The notes beneath the pieces were generated by a model. It did no database searches, was not told the DNA's origin, and worked only from the letters and a program-made list of their open reading frames with translations. From the NCBI RefSeq assembly GCF_006345805.1, contig NW_021836509.1, positions 1-24,155 on the forward strand: DNA of 24,155 nucleotides, given 5' to 3'. The stretch is from Octopus sinensis (lineage: Eukaryota). Positions 20,249-24,155 of this stretch are shown here, piece after piece (within the stretch, counting starts at the first letter, position 1; each line of letters starts with the position of its first letter). Made by a program: the position numbers and the translations under genes.

Positions 20249-20480
20249 ATCATGGTGTCTGATGTGACTTTTTAAACAAGAAAATGTATTGAAAAGACGC
20301 CCACTTAGATTGCATATCTGATTTGGACCATCAAGAGCTGCAGATAAGTTCTGATCTTTGTGCATCTTAAAATGTCTTTTGAGGTCTACATTAAATTTGC
20401 AGACCATATGGCATACACGGCATTGAAAGGTGTGTACACATATATAGACAGTGTAGTTGATGGAGGTTCGTTTGTACGTA
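20249..20480 (-). mobile_element. Second, divergent RTE-like LINE C-terminal fragment with two C2H2-type fingers
   Basis: FQCRVCHMVCKFNVDLKRHFKMH...QICNLSGRLFNTFSCLKSHIRHH has the same LKRH and LKSHIR motifs and similar spacing as 19642-19830. The second finger has lost a Cys; flanked by (TA)n. Confidence 0.65.
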
Positions 20481-20505
20481 TGAATATATATATATATATT
20501 CATAC

Positions 20506-20555
<50 letters not shown>

Positions 20556-20619
20556 CAAAAGACGAAGACAGGTGGTGTAGACAACAAACACATGCTTTAG
20601 TATAACATATATATACATA

Positions 20620-20778
20620 TATAATGGAACTAAAACGCAATAGAGGACAATAAAACATTCGGACGATACAAAGGCGAACAAGAGAAACAACAATTAGAAG
20701 GACAGGCAAAAAAAGACGGGTCATTCGTGACTTTCATTCCACAGGCAAATACCAGAAGTCACGACTATTTCGGGCAAT
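20620..20778 (-). repeat. Fragment of the interspersed repeat at 22700-23240 (3' part)
   Basis: Reverse complement gcccgaaa...ctggta...cgaatgacccgtctt...tatcgtccgaatgtttt...gttccatt aligns with 23104-23238. Confidence 0.7.
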
Positions 20779-20783
20779 ATACA

Positions 20784-20838
<55 letters not shown>

Positions 20839-21577
20839 CTATCCCTTGAATTTGGATAACTACAACAGTACGTGTTGTCATTTAAGTGTTGAACTTTTGA
20901 AAGGCCTCGTATACTATTACTGTTCCACTTAGAAAAATGAATGAGTCAATTACGAGTCAGCTGGTTGCATTGTTTGCTTGAACATTTAAGCTGTTTCACA
21001 TTGTCATTTAAAAATTTGCTAATGAAACGTTTATCTGCATAAACCAAGGGCATCAACAGTTATTGGTATAAATGTGGATTTATAATCAGGGTAGAGAAGC
21101 TGCCGGTTTCGATGTGCATGTACAATATAGGTTTTCCGGAACCTTTGGTTCGGGAGCCTTTCCGGGTTAGTGGTTTTTCCAAACCAAGCGTGATCACCTT
21201 GGTCAACACACTCTAAATTAAACAAATATTCTAAGCCTAGTGAAGATCTGCTCTTGGGCAGGTCCTATTCATGTAAACTTTCTTTAGCACTTTCTATATG
21301 ACACAGGGGTGGGGAGGCACCACCTACCCTGCCTCCGTTATGTAGATTACTTTTGTACCCACATCGCTGAGTTACAGAAGAAATTTTGCGAGGCGTTCTG
21401 TCTGACGCTCTACCTAAACCGCCGCCCCTCTGTGTGTGTATGTATATATGAATGTATGTTCATGTATTTTTAAATATATGTATATGTAAATGTGTGTATA
21501 TGTATGTATATATATCTATATTTCAAGAGAAGCGGAATGCTGTAGTTGGTAACCAAGGGAGGTAATTCTGTCGGTAG

Positions 21578-21745
21578 TTCTTTTACTCTGTTACTGAATT
21601 CATTCATTGCGCTGCGGCCATGCTGGTGCACCGCCTTCAAACGCTTAATCGAACTAATCTCACATTTTTGTCAAAGTCAGGGATTTATTTTACGGGGACG
21701 TAAATAAACCAAACCGGTTGTCGAGCGGTGGCGGGACAAACACAA
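21578..21745 (-). mobile_element. SINE family A, 3' half with internal deletion
   Basis: Reverse complement gtgtttgtcccgccaccgctcgacaaccgg...tttacgtccccgtaa...aaggcggtgcaccagcatggccgcag...gagtaaaaga. Confidence 0.8.
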
Positions 21746-21989
21746 ATCAAATTTTGTTTCTAAAAATTTATTTTGCAAGAACGCAAACTCAAACTCAATA
21801 ATTCTTTAAATAAATTGTAAACAATTTATTCTATTTTCGATATTTCTGTAACTGAGAATCGATTTTCACTTTTTTTTATTTCTGCACATTAAACGCACTG
21901 AGAACATAAGAACCAGGATGTAGAATTTTTTTTGTTTTTAAATTGAGATGAATAAAAGAAAAGAAAGCCATCCAACTGTTACTCTAAAC

Positions 21990-22163
21990 TAGTGCTCCCG
22001 CTTATGGTACACTTATATTCCTTTCAAAATTCGGCGGCACGCCTGAACTAAAGATATAACTAAAAGTATAGGGAAAAAATTTATATTCAGGTTACACTGC
22101 GGCACACCTAGCATCGTTTCGTGGCACACCATTGTGCCGTAGAATACTGGATGCGGAGCACTG
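21990..22163. mobile_element. hAT (Charlie-like) MITE, 174 bp
   Basis: TIR TAGTGCTCC...GGAGCACTG (8/9 match), exact 8-bp TSD CTCTAAAC at 21982-21989 and 22164-22171, and subterminal ggcac motifs. Confidence 0.9.
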
Positions 22164-22699
22164 CTCTAAACTATGAGTATATAATAGCCAGTAAAAGTTT
22201 TGGTTGGCTGGTGGCTGGTTGGTTGGTTGGTTGGTTGTCTTATCACGCTTTACATTTATTATAAAGAAGGGGGGGGAGAGTAAAGGAGAGGGTGAGAGAG
22301 AGAGAGAGAGAATTAACATAAGAAATAAAAGTTGAAAGAAACTCTGAAATTGAAAAGTAGTGGTAAGGAGGTGGATAGTAAAAATGATAAAAGTTACGTG
22401 GTCGATAGAGGCCAGATACATGACAAGCTTAAACACATATACACACACGCGCTATCTCTCTCTTTTTCTCTCTCTCTCTATCTTTCCCTCTCAAGCTCTC
22501 TTACACACACACACACATACACACACACACACAACCAGAAGAATAAACTTGACAAATGATTGGTAAGAGAGAGTTAAGAAATTGTAGTTTTACACAGCCA
22601 TGTAGGTTTGCACCTGCGTGTGCTTGCGTATATGTATGTATGTATGTATGCATGTATGCATATATGTATGTATGTATGTATATATATATATATATATAT

Positions 22700-23240
22700 A
22701 GTCCCTTTCCTTTCTTTTCCTCTCTTTCTCGTCGCTCCTAATTATTCACTCCCTCTGCCTCTCTCCTCTCCTTCCACGTGACCGGTTTTCCGCCAACCCT
22801 GATCTTTATTAGTTCGACTACCATCCGTGTAGCATCTCTTATATTCGTCTCCATGACTTTCATCTCATATGTTCCTGCCGTATGGCTTCACTTCCACACA
22901 AGCCAGCTTAATTCAATTTGTCCTTAGTCGAAAGACACCTGTTGTTAATGTCCTGTTATTTGTATTTGTAATTGTATACCATTTCTCCGTTTTTTTCGTC
23001 CTTGTTTTTGTATACATTCGCTTGCTTTCTTCCAGGGAGTCTAGTGTTCCTAGCTTAGATTTTCTTGGGACCGGCCAGATTGGAGCAGTCTCGGGTGTAA
23101 CCAGCCGAAACTGCAACGACGATCTGGAACTCGACTGAGGATAGGAAGCTCCGAATGATCCGTCCTTGTTTTTTCCTGTCTTTTTTTTAAATATCGTCCA
23201 GATGTTTTGTTATCGTCTGTTACGTTCTTGTTCCATTTTT
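22700..23240 (+). repeat. Interspersed repeat between (TA)n tracts, possibly a Penelope-like terminal region
   Basis: Homologous fragments at 7530-7710, 20620-20778 and probably 14870-14913 and 15073-15120. Class is not established from sequence. Confidence 0.6.
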
Positions 23241-23631
23241 TGTTATATATATATATATATATATATATTTAAAAAAGGAGATGTGGAACACGAGTTGTGA
23301 TATATAAAAAAATGGAAATGAAGAAAATGCTGACAAAATAATTTAAGTAAGGGAGAGTGTATTTAATTAGGTGAAAGTTCTTTTTTTAACAAAAAAAGAG
23401 AAAAATGGGTTGTTAGATTACAATGTTCATTTTTGTGAATGATTTCAGCGTATAAAAAAAAGTAAGAGTCTTTTACAGTGCTCTGTTTCAGAATAAGATA
23501 TTAGTAAAGGTTGTAATATACAGTTTTTTGTGGAAAAGTTCAATTTCAGATTTCAGTGTAGAATAAAAAAAGTAAGAGTTGTTTACCGGTTGCGCATTTG
23601 TCATGTATTCAAAAGATATTTTGAGTGAGAT

Positions 23632-23675
23632 AGAGTTCCTCTCTGATTGAAAAAAATCAATCAGAAAGGAACTCT
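23632..23675. repeat. 19-bp hairpin (one mismatch) with A6 loop
   Basis: agagttcct-c-tctgattga [aaaaaa] tcaatcaga-a-aggaactct. Confidence 0.9.
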
Positions 23676-23792
23676 CGACTTTGCCGTTCAGCCTTCCAGA
23701 ATCGATAAAATAAGTAGCAGTTGAATACTTGAGTTGATATAATCAACTTACCGACTCCTTCGAAATTGCTGGCCTTGTGCCAAAATTTGAAT
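23674..23792 (+). mobile_element. SINE family B, 5'-truncated
   Basis: tcgactttgccgttcagcc...tcgataaaataagtagcag...gaaattgctggccttgtgccaaaatttgaa matches 8460-8577. Confidence 0.8.
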
Positions 23793-24155
23793 TCAATATT
23801 AATAGTGACTGTTTATCTATGGTGGCAAAAGTAAACTTCAGAAGTTAGCCATCATATGACGGGTAGCGTTCTAGTAGATATATAATAATTCATTCCTGTA
23901 ATGTATATCGATGGAGTAGTTGTAGTTATTTAACAGTGCTGCGTGCAATGTATATTAATAATATTCCATTATAGTATAAGCTAAAGAGTTCCTGGCCCGT
24001 CCATTTACCTTACCCTACAGCATTCTGTATTCTGAGAGCTTTTTAGAGACACCTCCCCGTTGACGTCATGGACAGCAACTGACCAACTTTATTATTACTC
24101 TTACTTTTTCTCTCTCACTTCTGGGCCCTTTTCGGTTGGTTGTTTGTTTTTGTTT

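Noticed and set aside
20138-20593. 151-aa ORF as a C2H2 zinc-finger transcription factor gene
   Set aside because: Its N- and C-terminal parts are microsatellite and repeat DNA. The fingers lack TGEKP linkers and match the LINE-type fragment at 19642-19830.
23131-23165. CTGAGGA...GAATGATCCGTC as a hammerhead ribozyme
   Set aside because: The GAAA box is broken, stem III is not formable, and the homologous copy at 20715-20750 does not retain the core.
23415-23590. Diverged ~110-bp-period direct repeat (gatttcag.gta...aaaaaaagtaagagt)
   Set aside because: Short, AT-rich old local duplication with no further structure.
24061-24068. Perfect CRE palindrome TGACGTCA
   Set aside because: A single 8-mer at the window edge without supporting context is not enough to call a regulatory element.

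Overview
AT-rich, microsatellite-saturated non-coding DNA from an animal genome. The interspersed repeats look like octopus/coleoid cephalopod repeats, but this rests on recall, not a search. No intact host protein-coding gene can be supported, and almost all supplied ORFs are translations of (TA)n, (CA)n, (TATG)n or (CT)n tracts. The window is a mosaic of: three tRNA-derived SINE families (about 17 full or partial copies, including a head-to-tail array and an inverted pair); a complete 380-bp non-autonomous Helitron; a TA-flanked pogo/Tigger-type MITE nested in a decayed zinc-knuckle ORF1-like retroelement; a hAT MITE with an 8-bp TSD; two convergent RTE-LINE 3' ends encoding C2H2 fingers; and several Penelope-like terminal fragments. 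The most notable signals are three minimal type I hammerhead-ribozyme-like motifs in unrelated repeats (11634-11668 best, also 8047-8091 and 19140-19189), several long fold-back hairpins at repeat junctions, an unclassified ~420-bp TIR-like element whose end carries an ETS-type motif, and a repeat-poor island at ~4270-5350 with a candidate stop-containing cassette exon. Nothing here demonstrates a new biological system; these are leads to test.
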